Shown piece by piece: positions 25,340-39,619 of a stretch of DNA of 64,000 bases. This DNA comes from Eledone cirrhosa (Eukaryota), in the NCBI GenBank assembly GCA_964016885.1, contig OZ024743.1:153016001-153080000 (forward strand), in the 5' to 3' direction. The notes below the pieces were generated by a model. That model was not told where the DNA came from. It saw nothing but the letters and a program-made list of their open reading frames with translations, and made no database searches. Each line of letters begins with the position of its first letter. Positions within the stretch are counted from its first letter, which is position 1. Both the position numbers and the translations under genes were made by a program.

Positions 25340-26150
25340 AGTGCATAGCATTAATTTGTCAAAAAAGTATGGAAGCTTATCATGGGAGTATGTTTGCATG
25401 TATATATATATGAATTCTATAAGGTTCTCACAATATAATCTATGGAGGTACAAGAGGTGTAGTGGGATTGCAGGCAGGTTTATGGCAAATATAGACTTTG
25501 TTTGTAGCAGATTGCATAGCAGAAGTAAGCACTAAGAGAACAAGTGAAATAGATTCCTTCAATTTCAAGGGAGTCTCCTTAGAATATGTTAATAACTTTT
25601 GTTACCTATGCAATCTAATTAGGAGTGGGAGAGGATGCACTGAAAGTGGACTGGCCAAGATCAGAACAGGCTGGAACACATTTAGAGAGCTGATACCTCT
25701 GCTGATAATGAAGGGCTTCTCTTGCAATGGGAAGGGTTGACTGTGTGATGCCTGTCTGTGAACTACAATGCTATGAGGCAGTGAAATATGTGCCTTAACT
25801 GCAAAAGACCTGCAAAAGCTGAAAAGTATTGGAACGAGTATGCTCTGATAGATGCGTTATGTTAGTGTGCATGCATAATGTGGCATAAATGAACAGAGAA
25901 AATCTCAGCATAAGAGGAATTGGATGTAGTGTACAAGAGGAGAAGACTGTGTTGATATGGACATGTGATGTGCAGGGAAGAGAGAAGCTGCATAAAGAAA
26001 TGCAGAGACAATCTAGTGGCTGGGACCTGTATACCCAAGAAGACTTTGTATAAGATAGTGAAGACTGACCTTAAGAAACTAAGATTCACAACAGAGACAA
26101 CAAAGAATTGTGAGGGCTTGTGATATGTTGTGATGATGAAGAGCTGACCA
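25340..26150 (+). pseudogene. Decayed RTE fragment with PHD-finger remnant
   Basis: YKRCSGIAGR, FVCSR, NNFCYL, KIRTGWNTFRELIPLL. Confidence 0.8.
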
Positions 26151-26429
26151 TAAGCAAACAATGTGACCTGTCCCATTCCTGTGTCCCCACCTCCTTCCAC
26201 TAGCACTCCCCATCAGCTCTCCTCATCACAACTACACCTCCATCCATGCACATTCCAGTAACACTCCTTAGCTACTTCCACTTCTAAAGCCCTTAGATAC
26301 CCTCACTATGTCACTCAGGTAGCTATCCTCTCTACTCCCTGTGCACCCCCACCATTAGCTTCCCTTAACTATTTCTCTATCACTACCCACTCCTGCCACA
26401 CGCTCCACAATTACATCCCCTCTTCCCAG

Positions 26430-27490
26430 GTCCCCAGCCCGCTCTTGTTCATTATAGTCCTCCAAGCCATAACAGAGGAGTTTAAGACTGGCTGCCCATG
26501 GGAACTTCTCTATGCTGACAATCTGGTTCTTATAGCAGAATCAGTAGAGCAGCTAGAGAATACATTCTGGCTATCGAAACAACAGTTGGAATTAAGAGGA
26601 CTGAGAGTGAACATAGCTAAGACAAAAGTGTTGATAAGTAGAAAAGAGGACAAAACTCTGATTCCATCAGGGATATGGCCATGTTCGATATGTAGAAAAG
26701 GAACTGGCATAAATTCTATAAAATGTACACAATGCAGATCATGGGTACACAAGAGATGTAGTGGGATAGCAGGCAAACTAACAGGTAGGGAAAAATACGT
26801 ATGCAGTAGATGTACAGGGAAATTTGACAGTAGAAGTCACAGTGATAGACACATTTTTTAAATGCAGGTAGGTTCTATAGAAGTGGTTGATAACTTCCAG
26901 TACCTAGGTGATCAGATTAGCATGGGAGGGGTGTTCTGAGGCTATATCTAGAATAAGGACTGGTTGGAAGAAGTTTAGGGAGCTGCTTCGTCTGCTGACA
27001 AAGAAGGGTTTCTCCCTGTGTACGAAAGGCCGGTTATATGATGCCTGTGTGAGATGTGCGATGCTGCATGGTAGTGAGACATGGGCAGCAACTGCAGAGG
27101 ATATACGACAGCTGGAGACAAATGAATCAAGCATGCTCTGTTTGATGTGTAATGTCAATGTACGTGAATGAGTTGAGTGAGAAACTGGGTATAAGAGGGA
27201 TAAGTTGTAGTGTGCGGGAGAGAAGACTGTGATGGTAAGGACATGTGATGCACATGGAGGTTGACTGCTGGGTAAAGAAGTGCCAAGAAGTGTCAGTAGA
27301 AGGAATACGCAGTAGAGGAAGACCATGAAAAACATGGTTGGAGGTGGTGAGAGCTGACCTCAGATCACTGAAGCTCACGGAGGAGATGACGAAGGGCCAT
27401 GACAAGTGGAGAGATGCTGTGCTGAATAGGACCCGTCCCACCCTTGCAAGCAGCGAAAAGCAGACGCAAAATGATGATGATGATGATGAT
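26430..27490 (+). mobile_element. 5'-truncated RTE LINE with PHD finger in RT and short 3' UTR
   Basis: ELLYADNL, WPCSICRKG..CTQC..WVHKRC..CSRC, KGRLYDACVR, (GAT)n tail. Confidence 0.9.
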
Positions 27491-27622
27491 ATATATATAT
27501 ATATATTCCATACATTTTTTAATTGCTCCCTTATTTTTTAGTAAAAAAATTGGCTGAATCAAATTGCTTCTCCAACTTCTTGATAACTTTTCCAAAATAT
27601 AATTTTGAATATATATATCTAT

Positions 27623-27921
27623 ATCATCATCATCATCATCATTTTATGTCTGCTTTTCCCTGCTTGCGAGGGTGGGACAGGTTTTATTAAGCATAGCATC
27701 TCTCCATTCGTTACAGTCCTTTGTCATCTCCTTCGTAAGCTCCAGTGATCTGAGGTCTGCTCTCACCACCTCCACCCATGTTTTTTTGTGGTCTTCCTCG
27801 ACTGCGTCTTCCTTCTACTGGGTTTTCTTGGCACTTCTTTACCCAGTGGTCACCCTCCATGTGCATCAACTGCCCATACCAACGCAGTCTTCTCTCCTGC
27901 ACACTACAACCTATCCCTCTT

Positions 27922-27925
<4 letters not shown>
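27623..27925 (-). mobile_element. RTE 3' fragment facing the preceding copy tail to tail
   Basis: ERRLRWYGQLMHM, RGRPQK; reverse complement of about 27190-27490. Confidence 0.88.
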
Positions 27926-27964
<39 letters not shown>

Positions 27965-28299
27965 TACACACACACACACATATATATATATCTGTATATT
28001 AAGTGTGTTGTTGATCTTTTAGGTCAACAATCTATGGTGTGTTCCAGCCTAAGCATTCGATGTCATGGTTCCCTAAATGGTATCCGACGGAGTATTTATA
28101 ATAAAGGAAGAAGAAGCTTTTATTTTTTAGCTCTATTTTATTATCTAGAATGCAGCGTTTCAGAGGTTATATATAGCTTAACATATTCTTGTTTAATGTA
28201 TATGAGTTTATATATATATATAGGTTATATATGGCTTAATATATTCTTGTTTAATATATATGAGTTTATATATATATATATATATATATAAAGACAATG

Positions 28300-28667
28300 A
28301 CATACGACCATGACTTCTGGCCTCACGCAGTAATACAGAGTACCCGACCTCCCATGGGTACAAGCTGAAGCATATAGACAATATGCCCCGACACCCCCCG
28401 CCGCAAGGTGGTCGTGGAGGTGCCACGGCAAAAAAGCACCCAGCCACACTGTAAAGTGGACATATAGGCGCCACGAAAAAGCACCCAGCACTCACTGTAA
28501 ATGAGGTTGGTGTTAGGAAGGGCATCCAGCTGTAGAAATCAAGCTAAATCAGTTCCTGTATGAGCAAGGCATGGTCAGCCGACCAGACACTGCCCACAAC
28601 AGGACAACCCGTCTAACCCATGCTAGCGGGGAAGAACGGACGTAAAACGGTGATGATGATGATGATG
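28300..28667 (+). mobile_element. RTE-tail / SINE-like repeat, long form
   Basis: AAAAAGCACCCAG/CACTGTAAA units, AGGAAGGGCATCCAGCTGTAGAAA, terminal stem and (GAT)n; homologous to 40040-40335 and 40925-41150. Confidence 0.85.
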
Positions 28668-29616
28668 TATATATGTATAGGAAAATCAACAAAGAGCAGG
28701 CTAGACAATGTGTGAAAACAAGGTAAAACGAATAACAATTTTTTTAAGAGGAAATCTTCAAAAATAATTTTTTGAAAATAAAAATACTAACAAATCCCAA
28801 CTAATGGTACTGCTGGTCCACCCAAGGTCACAGCATCTGACACAAGTCCATTATTTTTGCAGAACCTCTGAGACTGGTGAGATCCATGATGGTGTTAATA
28901 AATGTTGACATTTGTAGGAAAAAATAAGCAAGAAATATCAATTAAATTTTCAAAATTTTGCATGAGGTTATATTTAGTGATTAAGAATAAAAGGATGAGC
29001 TATAATATACAGAGGAAAGACCGTTGTCAAATCACCATCATCATCATCATATAATGCCCAATTTCCCCTGATGTATATAAGTTTATCTATTCAGTTTCTT
29101 ATGACATAGCTATATTTCATCAAAGTTTTTGTTTGCTGAGGCTTTGAAACATCATGTTTTAGGAAAATAAATAATACTTAGATATTTACCTTATCATAAA
29201 TATTGAGTTATTTCACTGTTGTGGACTACTAATATCACTAAATAAAAACCTAATATATATATATCATCATTTTATGTCAGTTTTTATACACCCACTCTAT
29301 TTCATCATCATCATTTCGTCACCAGTTACCATCCATTTTTCCACGATAGCAAGGGTTAGGTGAATTGTACTGTTATGAAAAATGCCAGGTCATGTGACCA
29401 TGTCTTGCTCATACAGAACTGATTTTGGCTTTGTTTCTACAGCTGGATCTGATTCCTAATGTCAACCACATTTACAGTAAGCACTGGATGACTTTTGTCA
29501 TGACACATACTTGAACACTTTACAGTGTGGAATTGGGTGCTGTTTGTCATGACATCTACACGATCACTTTATATACTAGCAGAATGCGATAGTTTGCGAT
29601 GTCATAGATAAGATAT

Positions 29617-32600
29617 GTTTCTTTATTAGCCACAGGGGCACAAAAGAGGAGGACAAATACAAAAGGGGAAGTTTACATACAATAAAAACGTGTAAAATAT
29701 TATCACAAGTGCAATTCAAAAATTAGTCGATTTTCCCAAATAGGGAGAGACAGTTCAAATGGGTAACACATACCCCCGAAAAAATGTTAAAACCCTCATC
29801 TCCAGGAGTACGAAGAGTTTGTACTCCTTTCCTCTCCTCCTCCTTTTCCTCAACCTACAGACTGATATAGAGAGAAGACCCATTCACTCGGGCCATTCTC
29901 GCCACTTTCACCCACCTTTCATAAAACTTGCTGGGGTACAGCACCTCTCTCTCCATCCTGATTCTTCTTCCAAAGTGGCATTTGAAAAAAAGAATCAGTT
30001 GTTGGTCGGAGAGAAAGGTGTCTGACCTCAGCCCTTTCAACCTTGTCCACCATACAACCTCTTTGGCCATAGCTATCACACAAAGGAAAACCGCCTCTCC
30101 TTCGTTTTTGAAGGAGGGTGGCGGTTTGATCATGACAATGGACTCGGTGGTCAACCGGATTGGTCCCACCCGCGACAATAGTCGTTCTACATAGCCCCAC
30201 AGGTCGGTGACGCCCGGGCAGTGTATGAATGCGTGCGCGACGGTTTCTTCCTCTCACACGCACCTCGGAGAGATCTTTTTTGCAGAGTCCCTGCCCGGGC
30301 GCCCATGTCTGTAGAGCTTGTCTCGAACTGGTTGAGCTCCTCGATAGCACTGCCAGGCCAAGGACTTTTGGAAGTTGTCCATCTGACCCCGGCGGAAGGT
30401 CCTACCGAACAGACTGGCCAGTTCGTCTTCCACTACGCCCAGAGTTTCACCGAGCACATCGTCGCACTTGCTGTGGATCAACCCTCTATAGAATGACGAA
30501 GTGGAGTCTCCACTGATCGCCGGGTCCGCCTGCCAGAGGGCTGTGAGCGCCTGAGCACATTCGATGTGCCAGTCGCCCATTTTCCTCGGTCTTTGCTTGA
30601 CCCAGGACTGCAGCTCGGTCAGTCAGCAAGACGAGTCGTGGGTAGGCTCGCCTCACGAACGGGGCCCACACCGGTTGTCCAGTGAGGAATACGTAGAGAT
30701 GCCGAAGCCTGAGCGCGTGTTTGCGCATCGTCAGCCACAGAATACCCAGCCCTCCGTTGGAAGGGTATTGGCAGCAGATGGATCTTCTCACCATAGCCCG
30801 CCTTTTCCAAAGGAATTGGAAGAGCGCGCGCTCCATTTTGGCGAGCGTTTTGGCTGGACAAGGCACGACGGTCAAGCCGTAGTAGATGGCGAACGCTATA
30901 AAAGTGTTCGCCACCTCCGCTCGACCTTTCAAGGATAGTTTGCACTCAGCCCACTTCTGGCTGAGTGCAAACACCTTGGCCAACACCTCGTTCCTGTTCT
31001 TCTCCACCTAGATGTCTGGACCAAACCAGACCCCGAGCAGCTTTACTGGTCCTTCCGTCCAGCGTCCGACGACGCTATCGGAAGGCATCGGTCTGCCTCT
31101 CCACGATCCGAGTTGCAAACCGATGGACTTGTCCCGGTTCAGCTTCGCTCCTGTGAACCTTTCGTATTCCTTCAGTAAGGTACCGACTTCCTCGATTTGC
31201 GAGGCGCTCGACACTGTTACTGTCACGTCGTCGGCGTAGGCCGACGCCACTTTCCACAGTCCCGGTTCCAGAGGGATGCCCTGCGATAGCTCCAACTTCC
31301 GCAGTAGTGGCTCGAGAGTCAATACGTACAGAAGGGAGGAGAGAGGGCATCCCTGTAGAATGGTTCGCATGATATGGAACGGCTCCAAGAGGTAGCCGTT
31401 CCATATCACGCAATCCAACCCCTGAACACGGGTCCAAAGCCTGCCGCCTCGAGCACCGCATCCAGGTAACGATGATCAACCCTATCGAAAGCCTTATACT
31501 GATCCAAGTTGATCAGGGCCCCACCGAAGCCGGGCTTACACCCTACCCTCTCTATGATGTATCGCATGGGGTGGAGGTTTTCGTGTATGGACCTGGTCAG
31601 GATTGCGCATGTCTGCGCTTCTCCCACCAGGTTCCCGTCGACAAGCGTCAGCCTCTTTGCCAACACCTTGGCCAAAATCTGTAACTCTGTGTTTAGCAGA
31701 GTTATGGGCCGGAAGTTACCTATGTCATTCCCCTTATTCTCGTCCTTCCTGACTAGTGTGACTACGCCCCCGGTCACAGAACTGGGAATTCTCCCGTTCT
31801 GTTGCCAGTTGCAGTAGACCGCTTCCAGGAGACTGGAGAATAAGTCCGGCATTGCTAGGTAAAATTCATAGGATAGACTGTCGAGACCTGGAGATTTGCG
31901 TTTGCCGCATTGGCTCAACGCGTCCCCTATCTCAGCGGCTGAAATCGGCTTTTCGCAGAACTTTGCCTCGCTGTTCGAGAGTCGCGGTAGGCCGTCGAGG
32001 TATGGACCGAAATCCATAGCCTCTTCCAGCGCGCCGCCCTACCCGAATAGCTGAGCAAAGTGCTGAAAGGCCGCACACATCTGCTTCGGCTCACGTATCA
32101 CGCGTCTGTTTTGGTCCTTCAAAGACCGAATCGTGGACTTTTTGCCACCGTCACCCGTGCCCAGCTAACAGCTTTGGCTCCCTCGTTTCCAAGAGCACGT
32201 ATTTTGCTTCTGACAACGCAGCCCTCATACTTTGCGTCGAAGAACTGGTCCAAGGCTGTTCTCGTTGCTAGCACGCTGGCTACGTTACCACTTCTAATTG
32301 CCACTTCTACTTTATCTACCAATTCTTTCTCGGTTCTATTTCTATCTAACGCTAATTCTTTACTAAAAACTAACGAGTCTAATCTAACTGCCCTCTTGAG
32401 AGAGTACCACCATATGTTGTTGACAATGGCCCCTGTCAAGTGCTGTTTAACTAAAGTGCTAATCCGTCTACTGTAGGCTTTGCATGTCGGTAACGACAAG
32501 TTCAACTTCCAGTAGCCGGGTCCTTATCTATGGGTTCTATCAAGGTTGACCATGCAGGTCACTAGTTTGTGATCTGAATAGGCAACCATGAACATTTGTG

Positions 32601-34830
32601 GACAGCTTAACATGTCCCTATCCTTATTTCTAACTAGAACCCTATCTAGTTACGATCTAGATGTTCCGCTAAGATTAGTCCACGTCCACAGTGGCACAGT
32701 CGGAAAATCTAGTCGATATCTATCGGCCGATTAACTGTTTGAAGATGTTACACCCCCCTTTATCGGGACAGAAAAGTCTCTAGACGTTTGAAGAAGTCTG
32801 GCCGCGGTGTCCCGGATGGGGCATATGCGTCCACCAGCCTGAAGGCTCCACCTTCACTACCGTCAACGTCTAGGACCACCAGTCGACCTTCCGGGTCCAG
32901 ATGTACCGTCTGTGTTACGAGGCCCAGGTGTTTCCTCAGCAAAACGACAACCCCACCCCCACCCACCCGGCTGACAGAGAGATGCGTAGATCTCAAAGTC
33001 ATCGAAGATGGGGGCCAGCTGTCGCTCGCTGTGGATCCTGGACTCGCAAATGGCTACTACATCCATACTGTGCGACCTGAGGTCGTTTAAGAGTTTGCCC
33101 TGTTTCTAGGGCATCCCCAGGCCGCGTACATTCACACACCCAACACTTATATTGGCCATGCTGGTTCTGAAACGTTAAAAGAGGAGAAGAAAACACTCAC
33201 CTCTTCGTCCCCCGGGGATCAGGCCGCACGGTTTCCATGGGGGTGTTAGAGGAGTTGTCTGGGTGGGTGGTGGTTTCCGGCGGGGTGGGTACGGAGATGT
33301 TTGGTGGGGTGGGGGTGTCTGGGGTGAGGGTGGGGAAACTTTTTAAAAGGACGCGGTTCATGGGTTTAACACAACGATTACCCACGTCCTTAGGAAAGTT
33401 TTCCTTTAAAAACTTATAGGTGTCCGTAGCGACCCTAATCATCTTTAAATTAGGTTTTTCTACACAGTTCGAAAAAGTTTTCCCTTCGGTGAAAACCGAA
33501 GGGTCGTTGGAGATGACCTCCATTAAAGTTTTGTTTTTACTGTTTATGTATGTGTAATGTTCTTGTTGTTTTGCGGTGGTTTTTGTCTGTTGTTCTTGTG
33601 GGAGCTTTCGTTTTGTTGTAGGTGTTTGTGTTTGGAGTGATGTCGTGGTTTTGTTTTCGGGACGGGGGGGGGGAGGAGGGGTTGTTTGTAATGTTTGTGT
33701 TGTTTGTGTTGGTGGTTGTATGTTTGTAGTGATGTTTGTTGTTTTTTTGTTCTTGTGGTGTCTTTTCCTCTTTCTTTTCGAACGGAGAGGCTCTCCCTCA
33801 TCATCACTTGGTGATGATGTGGGGGCCTCGTCCGTTGTGGTGTCTGTGTTATTTGGAAGGGATGTGTTTTGGGGAGCTGTTGTGTTTGTGGGTCTTTTTG
33901 CAGTGGTTTTAGGTGGAGTGGAGTTCGGTGGGACTGGGCTTGCAGGTTGGTTTGTTGTTCTTGTTTTGGTTGTGTTTGCGTGTTGTTGTTGTTGTTGTTG
34001 TTGTTGTGGTGGTGGTGGTGGTTGTGTTGTTGTTTTGGGTGTTGGCAGTAGTGCCTCTTTTTGTTTTTAGTTAACTGAGGACAGTAAGGCTTCAGGTGAC
34101 CACTGCTTAAACAGTGGTAACATGAAGGCCGCCTACCCTCAACAGAAGTGTTTATGTGTGAAATTCTATCCAGAGGCACACGGCGGGGTATTTTAGCTAT
34201 CCGTTCTGGCCTCATTTGGACCAGAACTTCCATGCTTGTACCATTGAATGTGCCTCTGGAGGACTTTCCCACCGAAATGATGGTGTCTTCGTCGAAATCG
34301 ATGAAGCCACCAGACGTTTACATTTGGTGCAATGTTCAACATTTTTATTTTTTGAGTTCTTTTTCCCATATATGTGGGGAAAAAGGTGTAAAGGGGGGAC
34401 ACAATCGGCGATACAGAATATTTTTGTGCTGTTAATTGGTCTTTCAACAACACCGAAATGCTTCCAAAAAGTTTCCCTTTGGAATTCTTCAGAACCAGTT
34501 CAATATCGTTTTGGGATAACTGAACTGGTTCTTTTCGACACATTTGAAACCGTCCTAAAAATTACTGTTTTTAGAACAGTTTCTCTGGTAACTGTTGAGG
34601 AGAAGTGATGCTGAAAGCACCACTCTCACCAAAAGTTACGTACTGTTTTGCATCGCTTAACATTTCCCTAGCATTGGAAATGTCAAGGTATGTGAACAGT
34701 TCCGTCTTTTGGACGGTTTGAGCAAAAGAAATCTTTTCCTTGTTCGTGGAGTTGTTCAGTTGTTTAGCATGGTCAATATTGGCTGGTGTCATTAAGAAGC
34801 TGTGCTGATAGTCTCTGCCTTTGTAGTTGG
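29617..34830 (-). mobile_element. Near full-length, decayed Tx1/L1-clade LINE (diverged sister subfamily)
   Basis: ORF1 pieces with CYHCLSSGHLKPYC; ORF2 pieces with NFRPITLLN, KAFDRVDH, QGCPLS, YADD; multiple frameshifts; 3' end AATAAAGAAA; 5' boundary uncertain. Confidence 0.92.
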
Positions 34831-35531
34831 GGAGGGGGCGATGTGTAGAAAATTAAAATATATTTCATCCAAACTTAACAACTGGGCAATGTCTTCATTG
34901 GTGGTCAGGTTTTGGAGGAAGGTAGTTTACCTACCCTGAAATAACATCATATATCATTTCTGTCAGATATACACAAGCAAATACCCACACACATTCAAGC
35001 ATGTAAGGATAAATTAATACACATCCAGATAGTCACACTGCTACATGAATCCATAGACAGAAGAATTTTATATGGGAATATATAGACAATCTTACACATA
35101 CCTGGCCATATGAATACATATACACATCGATTCATATCACCCAGTGTATTGATCAATACAATGAGATACTCAGACGAGTATTCAGAGTATCCATCCCATA
35201 GACATGGGTATTAATACACGTTCATACACACATACATACCCTTTGAAGCCATCGTAAAACAATGAACTAATAAACTGCCTACCTCTGACTTCTATATACA
35301 AATACATATATATAAATGACTCTGCAACCTGGGCAGATCTTCTTCAAGGAAACCTTAAGTGGTGGTCACCTATTACAAAATCTACTGGTCACAACCACTT
35401 GATCTTGCTATAACCATCTATCCTAAGACACATTGAGTTCTATTGTCGTCAGTCCCACCACAACAAGGTGGAATACGATATATATATATATATATACACA
35501 TGTATATATATATATGTAAGTATGCACATGT

Positions 35532-35606
<75 letters not shown>

Positions 35607-35627
35607 CACACACATATATACGTATAC

Positions 35628-36034
35628 ATATGTACATATGGGTTATATTGAACTTTAATAATTGTTTCTACTTTTGGCACAAGGCCAGCAATTACCCAGT
35701 GCATTACTGGTACTTTATTTTATTGACCCCGTAAGGATAAAAGCCAAAGTTAACCTTGGCGGGATTTGAAATCAGAATGGCAAGGGCTATAACTCTATGC
35801 GTCAAAGCATGGCGTCCGACCCTCTAGCGAATGTTCAATTTGATTTAAGAAAATACTATATATTTTCAACCGTTCAACAGAGTGACAAAAACATGTTGAT
35901 TGTTTCTCAAAGCCAGTGTAGTGTTGAACAAACAGGTGACGATTGGTCACTGGCACGACAAAGCTTCAAAGCGGGCCTTTTGTTTACAAACGAATTGAAC
36001 AGTATTATTAATGTTCTATATAACCCATGCATAC

Positions 36035-36040
<6 letters not shown>
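35628..36040. mobile_element. Small inverted-repeat element between (TA)n tracts, interrupted by a family A SINE
   Basis: ATGGGTTATATTGAACTTTAATAAT (about 35637-35661) is an imperfect reverse complement of ATTATTAATGTTCTATATAACCCAT (about 36004-36028). Confidence 0.6.
35657..35830 (-). mobile_element. Family A SINE, slightly 5'-truncated
   Basis: Close match to 10636-10828. Confidence 0.9.
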
Positions 36041-36105
<65 letters not shown>

Positions 36106-36121
36106 TATATATATATATATA

Positions 36122-36409
<288 letters not shown>

Positions 36410-36471
36410 TGTGACTAGTTACATTTATGTATCAGCTGTGCTAGGGCGAGAAATAAAATTCTAATTTTATT

Positions 36472-36505
<34 letters not shown>

Positions 36506-36512
36506 TATATTT

Positions 36513-36862
36513 AAATGCCCGTTTTGTAAACCTCTACAATGCAGATGAGTAAATCTCCAGATAGCAAAATCAGGTAGCTGTATGTAGAAGGGAAAAGTAG
36601 AAAGAAAAGCAAAAAAAAATGTAAAAAGAGACATAAAAAGAAAACCAGAGATGGTGTTATCCTGGAAGAGATTTATTCGCCCCTATATTTAGGATTTCAC
36701 ATCCATCGAAGAGAAATAGATATGTCGGGAAAGGGAACAGAGTGGCTATTTGTAGCTGCCGTTTTTTTACGTTTTTTCTACTTTTCTCTTTTTACTGCCA
36801 CCTGATTTGTTACCCAGAGATTTATCCATCTGAATTCTAGAGGCTTCCAAAACGACCATTTT
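36513..36862. repeat. Older fold-back element with ~100-bp diverged inverted arms
   Basis: AAATGCCCGTTTTGTAAACCTCTACAATGCAGATG... is an imperfect reverse complement of ...CATCTGAATTCTAGAGGCTTCCAAAACGACCATTT; (TA)n nearby on both sides. Confidence 0.75.
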
Positions 36863-36928
36863 TCATATTCCACAATGCTTCAAGCAAACTTAAACACTCT
36901 CTTATATATATATATACATATATATATA

Positions 36929-37357
36929 CTAGAATTTTTTTTACATGCTGACATGTATGAGTGTATTAATATAACATGCTGACATGTATGAGTGTATTAA
37001 TATAACTGTGCAAACACCGACACACTTACAAAAATGAGTCGCACAAATATATATATAGATTGTATACACAAGTATAGTGAATGTTAGATGCTCTTTTCTG
37101 TAGTTTGTCATCACCCCTTCCTTCCTCAGTCATCTCTAGTGTGTGACATCATTACACCTTCCTCAGTATTCTCTAGTGCCTGACGTCATCACCCCTTCCT
37201 TCCCCAATTATCTCTAGTGTGTGATGGTATCACCCCTTCCTTCCCCAATCATCTCTAGTGTGTGACGTAATCACCCCTTCCTTCCTCAATCATCTCTAGT
37301 TTGTGATAGCAGGATGAACGGATGGATGGACAGAAATTGCTCAAATCTATATATAGA
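36929..37357 (-). mobile_element. Small Helitron-like element with internal minisatellite
   Basis: Minus-strand ends A|TCTATATATAG...(TCCA)n and ...CTAG|T; five ~41-bp units at 37107-37307; no clear 3' hairpin. Confidence 0.45.
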
Positions 37358-39417
37358 TATATATATATTTGTTTAAATTGTCACGGCTTCATGAACCACT
37401 CTTGTTCAACACCCAAAATAATAAAAAAAAAAAACAATAAAAGATGAGTAAAATGTAATAAATTTTACACAATAAGGAAGAAATAGTGAAGAGCTATATT
37501 TTGCAGAGAGTGGTCCTTTGGTAAAAATAAGAATAGAAAAATAAAGAAAAAAAGAAGGCTGTGTGGGAGTAATATTACACAGTGAAAATCACATATAAAT
37601 GAATAAAATGGATAACAGAAATGGCTAAAATAATAGGCAAGGGAGATACATGCCGGAGTGTAATTGTGTGTCTGTGTTTTATTAGGTGAAGGGAGATAAG
37701 ATTTGAAAATGTTCTTTGCATGTATGTATGTGTAGGATAGTGTGTGTGAGCATGTTGTATGGGAGTGTATGTACTTTTCATCCAGAGACAGTTATGAGCA
37801 TGCTATTGAATTTCTCATGATTCTCTGACAAAATAAATGAGCAGTCAAATATGGCAATATGTGTTATTTTCAATCATTTCAATATCTAGAGCTGAGAGAA
37901 AAACTAGTCATAAGATGAACTGGAAGTTGTGATGCATATGGAAGATGATAGGTATATAAAGAAATGCAGAAGAATGTCAGTGAATGGGATCCATCGAAAA
38001 GGTAGACCAAGGACAATGGGAATGAAAGCTGAATCATATGGCAGAGTTGAAAAAGGAGCGCAAGGATTGGCAATGTGCAATACTGGCAAAAACGTACCTA
38101 CCAGTATAAATGGTCATTGTACCCTTCTCAGTCCATCCAAGATTTCCCACTCCTTTTCTGCTTTACACCACTTTGTGAAATCCTATCAGACCTGCCATAG
38201 CTCTTTAGTAACTTTTCTCATTATCACTGTACCCCCAATAATGTATCCAAGATCACCCATATTACAATAAATGACATGTTTTCTCTTTACAACACCCTTT
38301 AACACCCATCATACTCATCAAACACTATTCATACATGTCATCCTCCTTTGCCCATTCCTATTGTTGGCACTCACACTTGGCATTATACTTATCATCTTTC
38401 TTACTTCCCCCTCCCTTCGTTAAACACATCTCAACTTGGACAAGTCATCACTACCATCACTAAAGAATGAAAATATTCTGTGAGCTGAACAAAGAATTGG
38501 GAGGATGTATTTAGGTATGAGCTGAAAATATTAAGCTTCAGTTATGAGAAAATGCAGGATCAAGAAAATTGCAGTGATGTTGTATTGCAGAGCTGTATAA
38601 CAACTGAAGATAGCTTTGAATAACTCCCTTGAAAATGACAACAATGTTGGTTATGATAATAGTAGCAGTTTTTATTTTGTCAGGTTATAAATGAGAAAAT
38701 GTTCTAGCTTGGTGTAATTAAATTTCTTTTCCTCATACCCCTTAAGAAGATTTAATATCCTTTGGTTTGCCAAAAATAATATGAGATATTAACTATATTT
38801 GCTGACCATCTCGTTAAGCTGATCCCTTTTGAAATATATGGTGTGTTGTAAAATGTGAGTTGATGTTAATAGAAGAGAAGTTTGGATTCTTTGATACAAA
38901 AGAACACAAAATTGTAGCAAGTGAATCAAAAGCTGATGAAACCTATTCTACATTTCAGTGACATATAGAACAGCAATAAAACAGAATAAACAAATGTCTT
39001 ATTGATCCGGAATAGATACAACCATATATTCTTATAGAGTGATAATAACACAGATATTCAAAGATGAAATCATAAACTGACTGTCATAAGTTCATTCCAA
39101 CTCGATTGATGTGCTTGACTCACCTACAGTCAACATATAATATCTTTCTTTAGGACAGGCTGTTTGAGAATGGGAGAGAAGGATACTGTTCATTGATTTA
39201 ACTATAAGATGTTACCAGTATTATTTTATCAACATAAGAGAGATGAAATACAAAGTAAATGGTACTACAAGATTTAAATTTAGAAATATGTGGCACCAAA
39301 GTGGATAGTACAAAATATCATGTTCCTTTATTCTAATCTTCTCTGCACAATTATCTGTTTTCCTATAAAATAGAGTCACTTCAGAATGGATATAATCAAT
39401 AGACTGGATCTTAGTAG

Positions 39418-39584
<167 letters not shown>

Positions 39585-39619
39585 TATATTCTTTAAAACC
39601 TTTTGCTCCCTATGGACCA

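Noticed and set aside
34830-35100. Target-site duplication for the 29617 LINE
   Set aside because: No match to the GTCATAGATAAGATATG flank was found, so the 5' boundary is left approximate
37107-37307. 41-bp repeats as a CRISPR array
   Set aside because: Head-to-tail minisatellite without unique spacers
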